From: Nemertoderma westbladi
Lineage: Eukaryota; Animalia; Xenacoelomorpha
NCBI GenBank assembly: GCA_032718475.1
Contig: JAUCBJ010008942.1
Span: 1-64,000, forward strand
Length of the DNA stretch: 64,000 nucleotides
Reading direction: 5' to 3'
The notes under the pieces were generated by a model that saw only the letters and a list, made by a program, of their open reading frames with translations, did not search any database and was not told the origin of the DNA. Positions 13,029 through 26,108 of this stretch are shown here, one piece after another. The translations under genes and the position numbers were made by a program. How positions within the stretch are numbered: the stretch's first letter is position 1; every line of letters begins with the position of its first letter.

Positions 13029-13715
13029 TCTAGTGTTGGTCTTTTTATTAACTCCAGAAAGACTACAATTTTGACAGTTAACTTTGAAAGTCCTCAGCAA
13101 GTCTCTGATCGGATGAGCATAAGCTCAAAAGATGGTATGCTTGAGCATGTGGATGACTTCTGTTACCTGGGATCATGGATCCGGAAGTCAGGTGAGGACC
13201 TTCGAATACATAGGGAAAGGCATGGGCAGCCTTGAATAGGCTTTCCAGGATTTGGAAATCACCGAGAATTAATCGGAAACTTAAGGTCCGTTTATTTAGA
13301 GCAGCAGTAGTTCCAGTACTCCTCTATGGGAGTCCATGCTGGGCTCTAACTGCTGAGGACACCAAATCTCTGGATGGCACATTCACAAGAATGCTACGCC
13401 GGGTTCATTGTGTCAAGTACAATGCACACATCTCCAACGAGACACTATATAACATTGGAGGTGTCTCATTGGTTCCCCCAAGCTTGACGCTAGAACAAAA
13501 TCGCCTCCGCTTTGCAGGACATTGCTTTCGCTGTGAGGACCAGCCTGTGCATAATCTTGTACTTTGGCAGCCTCATGGAGTGAATAAGCATGGTGGACAG
13601 CCCATGACTTTCTTGAGACGCATCTTAAAGGACACTGGCCTTGAAGATGCGGATGATCTAGCAAATGTCATGGGTGATAGGGAGTTGTGGCGGTACAATT
13701 TTGTTGATAAGCCAG
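13029..13715 (+). mobile_element. RTE-like LINE, RT C-terminal part (right part)
   Basis: VDDFCYLGSWI, KLKVRLFRAAVVPVLLYGS, RLRFAGHCFR and LVLWQP motifs. Confidence 0.85.
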
Positions 13716-13719
13716 CATT

Positions 13720-15425
13720 CTTTAAAATGCAGCTGCAATGCAGCATGCCGATCCTAGTAGTAGTGCAGCACCCATTGGAGTCAAATCTACACGCCAAGAA
13801 TTACCCAACAACTTCAAAGGTTGTTAGTATTGCTATCAGCAATCCACCCAGCAACTCAATCACAAGTTGGAAACATGTAAGTCATTCATTAAACTTGACA
13901 CTGACAAACGCCGACTTGCAATACGTTCATTGGACGCATGCTGGAAATGCTTATCAGCTGGCCATAAGCGACGCGAATGCCCAGACTAAGCCTCTAAGGG
14001 ATGCCCTGACTGTGGACGATTACATCACAGTCTCCTCCACACGAGCCAACACACACCAACTAAGCAATATTTAGCTGAACACCCCAATGCAATTGCACGT
14101 AAATCTCACGTGAACACAAAGTCTCACAGTGTCACTTTTGCGGCAGTAAGCCCCATAAACTTCAGTGACCAATCAGACACACACTGACATTGACAATGAC
14201 ACATGTAGTGAATAAATCAGTGATATCATTCCTACCACTACGCTTTTATCTATATCCCAAGCGGCTTACATCAGTGTAGTGCCCACCAAGGTAAGTGGTA
14301 GCTATAGTTCCAAGCGAGTATTTGCCATTATTGACCCCGCATCATCTCACAGTTATGTAGATGAGGAAATAGCTCGAGTAGTATCTGATCTAAGTGATGC
14401 CACAGACCACGAGATTGAACTTGGATCACTGCACAGACGGGGAATGCTACCAGGTAAGTTGGTAAAACTCACTATAGACTCACTATTACCTCGTACTCTA
14501 CACACACGGGCAGAGTGTAACATTCTACCCATGCGCGATCTCCAGTTTGTAACTTTAAAAGGGTTTGGAGGGATCCTCGGTAAATATCCTGAACCTACGG
14601 AATGTGAAAATGCATATTTTCATACTCTGAACAGTCCAGAATGTCAGGTAAATTATCGGAATGTGGTAATGCTGCTAGGTATGGATCACTTCGATATAAA
14701 TCACATCTGTGAAACCAGACCAAGCCAACCACAATCCGGTAAGCCTTACGCTAGTCGTAGCGTAGTTGGTTGGTATACCAGGACTCCCCAATCCTTTTTT
14801 AGGAATGCAGACCAGTGTGTAGAGGAATCTACACCATCCATGCCTAACATCAGATACAATGACAACTATAATCTCACTTGCGAGTCCGACTCAGTTGGAG
14901 TAGCACTGCTGATGGAGATCCAGTCAATCTATCCCACCGCTACTGTGACCAATAGGAAGGAAGCACTCGATGCTATAATGACGGCCGACCCAGACCTGAT
15001 GCAATGCTATTAGCACAAGAGTTTCTAGATCGAGATCGCATTCTACATCAGAGAACTCTTGCCTGGCTGGACCAGGATGCATCAGAGCCTGGTAGCTACG
15101 ACCTTGCCATGTCAGCAGATGAGGTCCGTTCTTTACAAATTATGGACCATACCATTAAACAGCTACCCTATGGCCATTTCGAAGTTGGTATGCTGTGGCG
15201 TCAAACATAACGTTCTCGTTAACACGAGAAACCTTCGACCAGGTGACTTTGTTATCCTGGCCGAAGCAAACGTGAAACGGCGCCACTGGGGTCGTAAAAA
15301 CCATCCATCCGGACACAAACGGCATTGCACGGACAGTTAGGTAAAAACCATACATAACAACACCGTCACTAGACCTGTCCAACAACTAGTACTGCTAGAA
15401 AGGTCGCGTTTAGCGGCTGCAGACT
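13720..15425 (+). pseudogene. BEL/Pao element E remnant: gag zinc knuckles, aspartic protease, RT start fused by deletion to the integrase C-terminus
   Basis: CWKCLSAGHKRREC and CPDCGRLHHSLLH (alternative frame), AIIDPASSHSYVD, GHFEVGMLWR, then LRPGDFVIL...RPVQQLVLLE. Confidence 0.8.
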
Positions 15426-18400
15426 ACAAATCTCCACCTTCATATGGCCGTTATATAATGTATACTTTATTTTACTATCCAGCAATTAGTGATATTCCAG
15501 GTACAGGTACTGTACGAAATGTTAAATATGACAAGCCTTTTATCGTAGGAGCGGTTTGTATTGCTGGAATATCACATTCTTTGCCCGTAATTTCCCCAAA
15601 AATTTTGGAATGTCGAGGATGGAAAACCCAGTCAACTCAAACCATAAAATAACCGAAAGTATCCGTTTTCAACCGAAATCAAGCAAATTAGAATTTCGCG
15701 TGGTAGTGTTAGTGGTGTGACTGCTTTGAAGCGCACAACTCCTGAACCAGTTTTCTTAATTGATTAACAACGTTTGACATAATTTTATTCTTTTTCTAAT
15801 AGTCGTGTAATATGTGAAAAGGCAAAATTATATTTGCAACCAGTTTATACACTCAAGCGACATGCGCTATAATCAATTTTCAAACTTTTTAAATTCTAAC
15901 AGCCAATGAGTTGTCGCTACTAACAGTTGTACATGGACTATCCGAACTTGAGTACAGTAGAAACATAGTGTAACCCTGTAACCGTACCTACCTTGTTACG
16001 TGCGTGGGGGGAGGGCAATAACTGAGTCGCAACAGAGTCGCAACAAATCCCCTACCGAGCTCTGTTCACTCAGAGCGAGCAGAGGAGCCGGGGGCTAATT
16101 CCAAGCGTTAGAGATAGTTCTCTCTCTTACTAACCACCATAATTCAGCGGTGTCACGTCTAAGAAGCGCGTGTCTGAAGTATACTCGGAATTCTAAGAAA
16201 TTCGAAAACAAGAAATTCGCGAGTTGGAGCGGCAATAAAAAGGTCATACTTGGTCAGGACCGTAGCGTTCGAATATGGGTCAATGATACCGACACACTGG
16301 GTAGCCACTGCGAGTTGTCGCTGTTGCTGGGCAACCAGCTATTGCGCAACCAAAGACACTACTTCTTATATGAATCCTTTAGCCTTTAGTCTTCACTCGT
16401 GACAGGTTGATGGAAACGACCATAGATTCAACTACAAATTTAATCCAAATCAGCTAATCAAGCGCTCATGCCCCGCCCCCGTCCCATTATCTAATTAAAT
16501 ATATATTCGCCTTAATCACAATACACGTCACTCGTTGCGTAGTTGTAATTAGTAAGACCATGTTAATTTTGAGTTCTATGTGTTACTAACTCGACCTAAA
16601 TATTTCTTTATTACGTAATGTGTTGTTGGTGGAACTCTAACACGTGTTGTTATTTGAAACAAAACTACCTTGTTTCCCATTCTTTGTTTCGAAATCGTGT
16701 TTTCTGTACAACTAGGAACTATCATTGCAGTGCAAGTGTTGCATTTGATTTATATTTTTAAAGATATGTATGTTCAAATTTATAGTTTATACTAAGAGTT
16801 GAATTTATATGGGAATATTACAGTATATTAGTATTTTATTTTTAGATAAAATAAATTTGTCTAATTTTCTAAGTAAGTATGTATACAATTGGATTTATTA
16901 TTTTGCATGAGGAGATAAATATTTGTTATATATTATTATCGTAAATGAATTAATGATTTTTATAATTAAGTACGCTTGTTTGGGGCGACTCTACGCAATA
17001 TTTAATTAATTTTGTAATATTAATACGAGAAAGATGACCAAACCAGTACGAATATTACGCTACGCTATAGTGAATACGTATATTTTGAAACAGATTAAAT
17101 AATTACATGGATGTAGGTAGACATTAGTACTTTATACTTTCTTATTACGGTGTAACCGGTATTGTGATCGACCGTTCCTTTGTCTTATTCGATCAGGAAC
17201 GGTGTTGTTTTCCCTGGGAGTGCAGCTTATTTTTTTGAAAATATTTTAGAAATGTTATTTACTTGGAATTTTATAGGCCATGGCCAAAAACCAGTTCCTG
17301 GTTAGTTTGTTTTTTGCACATACAGATATACACCTACCGTGAATTTTGTATTAACTATTGTTTGCTGGTAAAGGTTCTATTATATCTGCTGTATATATTG
17401 TTCTAAACTGCTCTTTGATGTGTTTGATTAAACATCTTAAGTCTGTACTGATATGCAGTACAGCAGTACCTGATTTGAGACTATAATTTTTTATTCATTC
17501 TTATAAATGTTACGGTAAATATATTCGCCAGCGTAAAATGGCTGCATCGTAAGTATTGACGTCTCAGCGTCTGGATGCTGCATGCTGTGATGATTGACAT
17601 GACACCTGGACACCGCAACTCCCGAATCTAAAGTACCGATAATGGCGGAGTGAAGTAACAATCGGCGGTTTCCTGGACGGCCGACGAATGGGTGCGTGCG
17701 TAAGAGGGACATAATGACATAATGCAGTGCCGGTAATGGTAGGCCTAAGGTACATCTGATACCGAAAGTAAAAAGGGAAGAGCGGGGCAGCGGGAAATTA
17801 TGCTGACACTATATTAAGATGGGAAGGAAGCACTTTTTGTAGCGTCGAAAATGAGAGGCTGTTTTAACTGTCCTGCGGTAGTAACGCAGAGTCCCCCTTT
17901 GTGTTGTTACCCCCTTCGTCTGGTCGTAGGGAAGTCATACAGACAAGAGGTTAAACTTATTACCTACTAACAGACTAGGTTGCACTAGCACAGGCTTGGA
18001 GCCTATAGCACGTTAGAACAGTAGACCCGCATTGGCGTTGGTTAAATTTTTATTAGTTTTATTTAACACTATTTTCTAGAATATATTTTTGGTGTTTGTT
18101 TGCCTTAATTTTGACCCATTTTCTGCTATAAAAATTATATTGTTTCTGCTTAGATCACGCCCTACCAAAATTGCCATACAAATATTTTCCAGTAAATTTT
18201 CAGCTAGACTCGTGTCTATTTATTTATAAAATTAATATATTAGCGCTGAGTTTTAGGATTTCCTTTGTGTTATTAGAATCTCTAATCTCATCCGTTTGTT
18301 TCAAATCTTAGACGCTAGCCGACTGGTAAGTGAGTAGTTAAGTTGGTAGAAAGTGACAGTGCTTGTTTGTTGCTTATGAAATTTCCCTAAACTGTCTCTG

Positions 18401-18664
18401 CGTCCTTTCGGCAATTGCCGTTTACACAAAGGGTTTTTGATTTACTGTTAAGCCTTCACCGTAGTTAGTTCTTCACCAGTCAGTGGGAACAATCTAGTGC
18501 TTTATCCGGTATTTGACGGGGTCCGGAATTGGTTTCGCTTCCATTATATATTTCGGGACATATTAGTTAGATTTGCTTTTGATCTATAAGAGTTTTGGTT
18601 CCGAAATTCCGCTTTTGGTTTGTTTAGCCCTTTTTGCCTGTGTTTTTGAACACATCATTAAACA

Positions 18665-19229
18665 TTATTAGAAAATTTATCTACCAAATTTGATACTTTT
18701 TTAAATACTAGCTATTTTAAAATTGAAAAAAAATACTAGCTATTTGTTCTAGAACATTATATTTTTATTTTATTGATGTTTTAAAATAGTACAAAATACT
18801 TTTCTATTGTTCTAGAACTCTTCAATGTCGCCATAGTAACAATAACATAAGTTTTAATAATGCAGTTCTATACGGAAATCTAGCCTTATTATAAAGCAGT
18901 TTTGAATAGGCCTATGGCATTTTATCAATGCAGTAGCCCCCCCCCCCCCCCCCCCCCCCTTTACAGTGTAGGCTAGCTTATATATTTCTTATACACTACT
19001 GGACTGTAGATAATGTGCTGGCGTATAGCTTAAGAGTCAATGTTGGTAAACTATGATGTTTAAATTCCACCCATTTACTATTTTGTTATTTACGGTTTCA
19101 ATTGGTAATTGCAAAGACATTGAATTGAAGGCAACATTTCCTAAAATAAAAATGAATGATAACGTAGAGAAGGGTGATGTAGTAGTAAATATTTCAAAAA
19201 TTTTGGGTATATCGAAGAAACATAATTAA
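18665..19229 (+). pseudogene. Truncated duplicate of the cadherin upstream region and first ~54 codons
   Basis: 18665-19214 is nearly identical to 23140-23686. ORF 19053-19229 MMFKFHPF...ILGISKKHN*. Confidence 0.85.
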
Positions 19230-19251
19230 GATAAAGAAATTTGTTATCGTA

Positions 19252-20444
19252 TAGTCAGATAGACAGAGGGGTCCACCGTGACTTTGGGTCATCACGCATT
19301 TTTATTTGCTTAAACTTTAGTCGGACCATAGAGTAATCAAAATCCGTCGGGTGCCACTTCGGCACCTTTGGGGAACTTTTTATAATGCACTTAACCTAAG
19401 TTTCCATAGCAACTGGCATACAAGGTTTTATTTTGAGATATCTGCGACCTTGCACCTATTGCCACAGCAAACAGCCACAGCCAACGCAAATTCCTTCAAG
19501 TTGCCGTAAAAGTTTTTTACGTGTTTACACGGAGCAACTTGATCGGAAACCTGGGTTGCTCTACAAGTTGCCGAGAACGTTGCTCTAAAAGTTGCCATGT
19601 GTAAACAGGCCTTAAGGCGCATAATGAATTCGTCAAAGACTTGATTCGATACAACATCACCATGGTCAGACGAAATTCCGGTTGCTCCCAAATAAAAGTA
19701 ACATAACTTTTTGAAATTTTTTTAAAATAAAATTTCATTACTTTATAACTCATTATTTATAACTTATTTTTACTTATAACAAACCTAAAAAAATCGCATA
19801 AATTTGCAGCGCCACCTTGCGGTGTAGAATTATTTTCACAAAATTTCGCCTGATAATTATGTTACCCCATCTTTGATCTATCATATAAAAAATCTTTCAT
19901 GTGATTAGGTTCAAAACTGTAAAAGCCTTAGGGTTTTAAGCGCAACCACGTTTTTTTTATTGTTAACGAGTATTAACTGATATTAAATAGCGAAATATAT
20001 AATTTTTTGAACTGTCATGTAGAATAGCATCTTAGGTACATTTTATCATATATCATTATAGATACATATATCATTTTAGTTCTTACTCGCGAAGTTATTA
20101 CTATGTCTAGATAGAACTACCCTAGTTTGAACTACCATAGTTCATACTACATCTAAGCATACGGCCCCAGATATACGTAGTTGTTTATCTCCTCTGTTCT
20201 AGAACACTTAATTTAATTACTCCAGTAACAAACGTTTCTACTGTAATTTAATGTAATTTTTGGAATAGGTTTACTAATTTGTAGTTGTATTTTATGCTGT
20301 AAAAAAAATTCACCAAGGTATCCCAACTGGCACCCGGTGAATATTTACATTATTATTATCAGGGAAGACATTGAGAAAATAAAATTGCGTGATGACCCAA
20401 GTTCACGGTCCTCCGTTGAGCTCTATTGAGCGTCTACTGGACTA
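19252..20444. mobile_element. Non-autonomous TIR element (MITE-like), degenerate
   Basis: Imperfect ~140-bp inverted ends (ccgtgactttgggtcatcacgca / tgcgtgatgacccaagttcacgg; ggtgccac / tggcacc). Confidence 0.6.
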
Positions 20445-20539
20445 GTAGTATTTGTTAATTTTTATATAATTTCAATTTTTTATACTGTAGTTCCTTTTGA
20501 AAATAATATTATTCTAGAAGGAATACCGTTTTGACTAGG

Positions 20540-21085
20540 TTTCCGTATAGCACTAAATTTTAAAACTTATGTCATTGTTACTATGGCAACGTTGAAGACT
20601 TGTAGAACAAATGGAATGTATTATATACTATTCTAGAACATAAATAAAATAAAAAATTTCATGTTTTGGAACATTTAGTAAATTAAATAAAATTATATTT
20701 ATATGAATTTCTGAATACATTTAAATGAATATTGAAAATTGGTATATTTCTAACATATACTGTAGCTACGGTAGCTAGTTTTTTTTAATTAAAATAGCTA
20801 TTAAATTTAAAAAAAGTTAGTTTTAAATAAATTTCTGAATACATTTAAATGAATAATTGAAAATTACCAAACTAGCAAACATTAATAAAAAAATGTTTGT
20901 AATTTTTTTTAAATTACTAAGCAATTTTAAAATTGAAAAATAACTAGCTATATTTCTAGAACGTTATATTTTTAATTTTATTTATGTTCTAGAATAGTGT
21001 ATACTATGTATATTGTGTTCTAGAACTCTACAATGTTGCCATGGTAACCATGATTTATGGCATATAAATGTAGTGCTACACGGAT
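20540..21085. mobile_element. Foldback/MITE-like AT-rich inverted repeat
   Basis: gttactatggcaac...tattctagaacataaataaaat is mirrored by attttatttatgttctagaata...gttgccatggtaac. Related half-copies at ~18700-18890 and ~23050-23360. Confidence 0.6.
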
Positions 21086-21485
21086 ATGTTACCTTAGTTT
21101 TAATATTGTCTGCGTCAAGAGTTAGTCCCCCAATCTACAAAACTGTGATAACAAAAGTACTACACCGCAGTCACAGTTCAAATATGGGATACCTTAATGT
21201 GCACTTAATTTCTAGGTATACTATCTTATTGAATAACATTATCTGAGCACTCGAGAGCAGGAATTAAAAAACGCGGCTCCTTTCCATCAATTAGTATCAA
21301 ATTTAAACATTCACGATTTTTAGCTTCAATGGAAGTTCTTCATACAGGCGTGCGACATGATGGTAAGTCAGTAGCGGCGGGTGTGTACTTTAACGACCAC
21401 CCAACAACGGTCAGAAAAGTTTTTCAAGAAAGATCGATCGTTGGCGAGACAGGGGGTGGGGGGGGGGGGTGTTAATTTGGGGAAC

Positions 21486-22252
21486 AGTTCCGTATGTGCC
21501 AACATTTTCGTTGTTTTTTTTTCAACAAATTTTCATGCTTTTTTGTCAGGTTTTTCTTTTGATAAATGTTCTAGAACGTATAGTGAGTGTTCTAGAACTT
21601 TAATAAATGTTATAGAATATTTTAATTATGAATTTTAGAGAAAATAAATTACTTGCTCTTAAAAATAAAATTATTCAAAAAATTGTTCAGTTTTAAATTG
21701 TTTATGCTACTGTATTTTGCCTATTTTTTTTCTATTGACAATAGATCTAGACCATTTATTACATGTTCTAGAACATGTACCAAATGTTCTAGAACATTTT
21801 CGAGAAAAAAATATTCTAGATTATTTGTTATTTTAAAAATAATTATTAAAATGATTGTTTAATTAAAAAAAATTGGAATACAGAACAACTAACCATAACG
21901 ATAGCATTCCAGAACATTTTTTATAATGTTAGCTAGGGCTAGCTATAGATATAACTATAGATTATAGGCTATACTGTAGTTATAGATATAAATTACGAGC
22001 TATAATTATAATTTATTACTTGAGTACATAAAACTACTAGATTTTTGTTAATTTTTACAAAAAAGTGATAAAAAAACCAAAAAATACAATTTTTTAAAAA
22101 TGGTCTAGAAAAAAAATATATGTTCTAGAACATTATTTAACAAAAATATAATTCGTAATATCCTAGAATACTTTACACTAACATTAAAAAGTAGTAGCTA
22201 GTAAACTAAACACATTTTAGAGCAAACTGAAAATGTTGGCACGTACGGAACT
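21486..22252. mobile_element. MITE-like element with 24-bp TIRs and internal GTTCTAGAAC repeats
   Basis: agttccgtatgtgccaacattttc / gaaaatgttggcacgtacggaact (1 mismatch). Confidence 0.65.
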
Positions 22253-23524
22253 CTAGCCGTAATTTGACCCATCTAGGCGAATTCATATTTCGTTTCAATG
22301 TTAAATTAAAAATTAAGGGAAATTAGCGGGTTGCGATTGCACATTATTCTAACCAAAACAATAAATTAAACACAATAGAACAGGTTACAGTTGTATTTTT
22401 AGAAGTAATCAGCTGTTATTTGCGTCGATTTTGCCCTGGAGAGGTATAAAAGTAAAAAAAGTAAAACTTTTATTCGACCGTTAGGCAGTGATTACATGCA
22501 AAGTCATGCGACTTATTTCTACTGCGGCCCCCCTCGAACTATTCTCCCCAGAGGAATAGCCAGTTCTCATTTAGCTACCATTTAAGGAAGCAAGCGAAAA
22601 TGCGCCCTTGTTACACCCGCTTTTTATTTCGTTGAAAGTCCCCTTATCTGTAGCTGGGAAATAAATCTGAGAAAGAGCTATGAAATTTAAGCTGTTACTT
22701 ACTACAGTATATAAATACATAATTATTAATAAATTTATTACTCTGCTGCAGAAAGGCCACATGTACAGTATGATATGGCAGCATTAAAAATGACTGAAAT
22801 AATAGACATAAAATAAGATTACTGAAATAATGTCTACCATAAGTCATATTCGTCGAATTAAATAATTTCAATGCAGTATAGGAAAAAATTAGTGATAAAA
22901 AATATATGCATAGTTATTTCCCCCCAAAAATACCATGCCCAATTTTAAATCAACTCCCCCCAAATAAAACCCTTTTAGAAATGTTTGAAGCCTTAGCAAT
23001 AAATTACTCGTAGGTTATTCTCGTATATTGGTTTGGGATTACTTCACTAACATATAATGTTCTAGAACATATAGCTAGTTATTTTTCAAATTTAAAATAT
23101 ATAGTAATACAAAAAAAAATATTTATTTCTATTATTTATTTATTAGAAAATTTATCCACCAAATTTGATATTTTTTTTAAATACTAGCTATTTTAAAATT
23201 AAAAAAAAACTAGCTATTTGTTCTAGAACATTATATTTTTTATTTTATTTATGTTCTAGAATAGTACAAAATACTTTTCTATTGTTCTAGAACTCTTCAA
23301 TGTTGCACTAGTAACAATAACATAAGTTTTAAAAAAGCTGTTTTATACAGAAATCTAGCCTTATTTCATAAAGCAGTTTTGAATATGGCATTTTATCAAA
23401 GCAGTAGCCCCCCCCCCCCCCCCCCCCCCCCTTTACAGTGTAGGCCAGCTTATATATTTCTTATACACTACTGGACTGTAGATAATGTGCTGGCGTATAG
23501 CTTATGAGTCAATGTTGGTAAACT

Positions 23525-24310
23525 ATGATGTTTAAATTCCACCCATTTACTATTTTGTTATTTACGGTTTCAATTGGTAATTGCAAAGACATTGAATTGA
23601 AGGCAACATTTCCTAAAATAAAAATAAATGATAACGTAGAGAAGGGTGATGTAGTAGTAAATATTTCAAAAATTTTGGGTATATCGGAGAATGATGTAAC
23701 ACTTTTAACATATAATGTTGTTGGTCAGGCCGAGTTAAGCGAATATTTCGTAATTAAAGACGAAACTGACAAAATCATAGCGGATCAAACATTCGACCGA
23801 GATAAAGTCTGTAGTACAAACAGGCAATGCACTTGGGACGCTACGGTGTCAGTGGAAGTGAAAAGTACTCAAAATAATATAATGATTCAAGAAGATCGAA
23901 GTTCTAGTAAGTATTACGATGTTACGTTTCAATCCGACGATGAAAACGATAATCCCCCGAAGTTCGATACAGATCAGTTTATAGATAAAATAACAATAAA
24001 GGAGAACAATTACAATTCTAATACTGCAATTTGTAAAAGGGGTTCTTTTCAACCTGATTGGTGTATCTCCCTAGGACCTGTACCAACCGACTTAGATTAT
24101 ACATATGTTCCTCAGGCAACTGTTTCTGGAGATGGTGCGGTTGATTTTGAGGTTTTTATAGATTTCCACAAAACGGTGACAGCAAATAATGTATTCAGGT
24201 ATGAAAATTTACATGTCGATAATTCAATAGTAGCTTCTGTTACCTTTTCTGATGATCCAAATACTCTAGTTCCTTCCACATCACATTTTTGTATTCTTTT
24301 TTTTTGTTGA
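23525..24310 (+). CDS. Cadherin/protocadherin-like protein, first coding exon (signal peptide plus ~1.5 cadherin repeats); probable splice donor after 24198
   Basis: Hydrophobic N-terminus, I.IN/END, FDRD..C....C, DENDNPPKF, TIKENN and TDLD calcium-binding motifs. CAG|GTATGA donor at 24198. Confidence 0.8.
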   Translation: MMFKFHPFTILLFTVSIGNCKDIELKATFPKIKINDNVEKGDVVVNISKILGISENDVTLLTYNVVGQAELSEYFVIKDETDKIIADQTFDRDKVCSTNRQCTWDATVSVEVKSTQNNIMIQEDRSSSKYYDVTFQSDDENDNPPKFDTDQFIDKITIKENNYNSNTAICKRGSFQPDWCISLGPVPTDLDYTYVPQATVSGDGAVDFEVFIDFHKTVTANNVFRYENLHVDNSIVASVTFSDDPNTLVPSTSHFCILFFC

Positions 24311-24534
24311 ATCTGGCTTGAATAGGCAAGTAATTTTTTATGGTAGCTACTGTACAGTAGTGTTTTTATAAGGTAGTTATTATTTTAAAAATATAACTGA
24401 CATCCAAAAATTTGCAATTCTTCACTTTTTTATTCAAAACTATAAATAAACACATACAGTAGGTACCCAATTTGAAAACTTTACTAAATGTTCTGATTAC
24501 ATTATATCTATTGTATTGGTGAATGTTCTTTCAG

Positions 24535-24586
24535 AATGGTGAACTTCAGAATAAGCGCGCCCTACATTTCAGAGCAAATTATAACG
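24535..24586 (+). CDS. Possible small second exon of the cadherin gene
   Basis: Flanked by ttctttcag and gtaggt. Open in the phase given by the 24198 donor. No diagnostic motif. Confidence 0.3.
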
Positions 24587-24974
24587 GTAGGTACTAATAG
24601 TACAGTTTAATTAAAATACAAAAGTACAAAAAATTCAAAAATCTACCCACTGAACTGGCGGAACCATCCCCGTAATTACTATTTAATTGATAAATATTTA
24701 AAACAAATTAAGGCCTACCTTAATAAAACACGAGTTACCAAAATAATTTTTAGCTACACTAAAAATCGAATACCATCAAGGCCATCATATTTCTGTACAA
24801 AGCTCGCTGACATACAGTAGAATAACTCGATCATCTGATATAAGAAGTCATACTTTTTGAGATTTTATTATTTCTGTTCTGTTGGGTAAAATACCATTAT
24901 TTAAAAGCTGTATTACTCGAGCTGACGAAAATAAATTTTAACAATATACGTCATTGTTCATAAAGTAGTATTAC

Positions 24975-26108
24975 TGTAAAAGCTTTTGCGGACATAACAA
25001 GTCATTTTTACGCAATGCGCAGAATACTCTAAAATAGGCCTAAAATTGTTCAACTACGCGTCGGAAAGAAATTAGAACCAAGATGACGAAATCTGTCAGC
25101 TGATTCTTTGTGTACGTGGAGATCTCTTTGTTCAAGCTTATTCAGCCAATCAGAGCAATCTTCCCAGTTATGCCAGTAGAGACCTACCTGAGGAAACTAG
25201 CGCAATGCATTATGGTTATCTTTTTTCTGAGAATTAGATTCATCTCAGAATTTTGTACTAAGTATGGTCGTTTCAGACTTTGGCCCAAGAACATCTAATG
25301 GCCTTAGTTATAAGAACGTAAATCTATTAACTGAACATGGACTTAATCACCGCATTTCACTCATCTCATCTACTCAATACGACGCATTGCACCAAACTGA
25401 ACTTCATGAACACATACTGACTGTTCACCGCACTGTTTTACTGCTGTTTTATATTGTGTTAATTGTTGTTTATATTAATGGATGTTATATTTGGAGAATA
25501 CAGATAAAAAATAATCATAAACCCCCTCAATCTTCTTGATTACTGAGGTAAGCGGAGAAAGAGTCTACCGGTAGCAACTGCGACTTAAATTATAGTGGTT
25601 TTGTGTGAATTAAATGCTATTTCATAATCCCTACGTGTGTCAGTTGCAATCCTCCTTATATATGATCAAAATCAGTGACGGTCGGCAAATTAGTGTAAAT
25701 TAGTGTGAAGTCGTGTGAAGGTTAATAAAGCATCTCCTAAAGAATGCGCTATTTACGAAACACTCTGTGGCCATCTAATTGTGATTAGTGTAAGTCATAA
25801 CTCTGTTTTTATACTTAAAGCGCCACGTCCCAAAGGAACTGTTAATATTCCCCCGAAAGTAAATATAGTTGTCAGAATATATAGTAGCGATCAATCGAAT
25901 AATACAAAGTAGCTTACACCGCAATACTTCCTAAGGCACCCGAATCCAGTCTCCCACACCGCACCGTGGGTCATACGCTGCGCACGGACTGGCTTCGGCA
26001 GATGTAAATCAGTACACCAGGTAATTGGTAAGGGCTAAAGTCGATTCATAATCAAAAGGACATTTAAAATTGGCAGGTTAAACTGCTAAAGGTCTGAAAG
26101 CGCAAACA
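24975..26108 (+). repeat. 5' LTR of BEL copy C
   Basis: TGTAAAAGCTTTTGCGG...AAAGCGCAAACA, the reverse-complement homologue of the A/B LTRs. Confidence 0.85.

Noticed and set aside
13232-14074. Single 280-aa gene
   Set aside because: Chimera of the LINE RT end and off-frame BEL gag sequence.
15450-18660. Possible LTR(s) or leader of further elements (TGTAACC/TGTTACG starts, G-rich tract at ~16005)
   Set aside because: No second copy, TSD or coding motif in the window to define boundaries.
19424-19615. PIF/Harbinger-like MITE ending GTGTAAACAGGCCT-TAA
   Set aside because: Only one terminus is recognisable.
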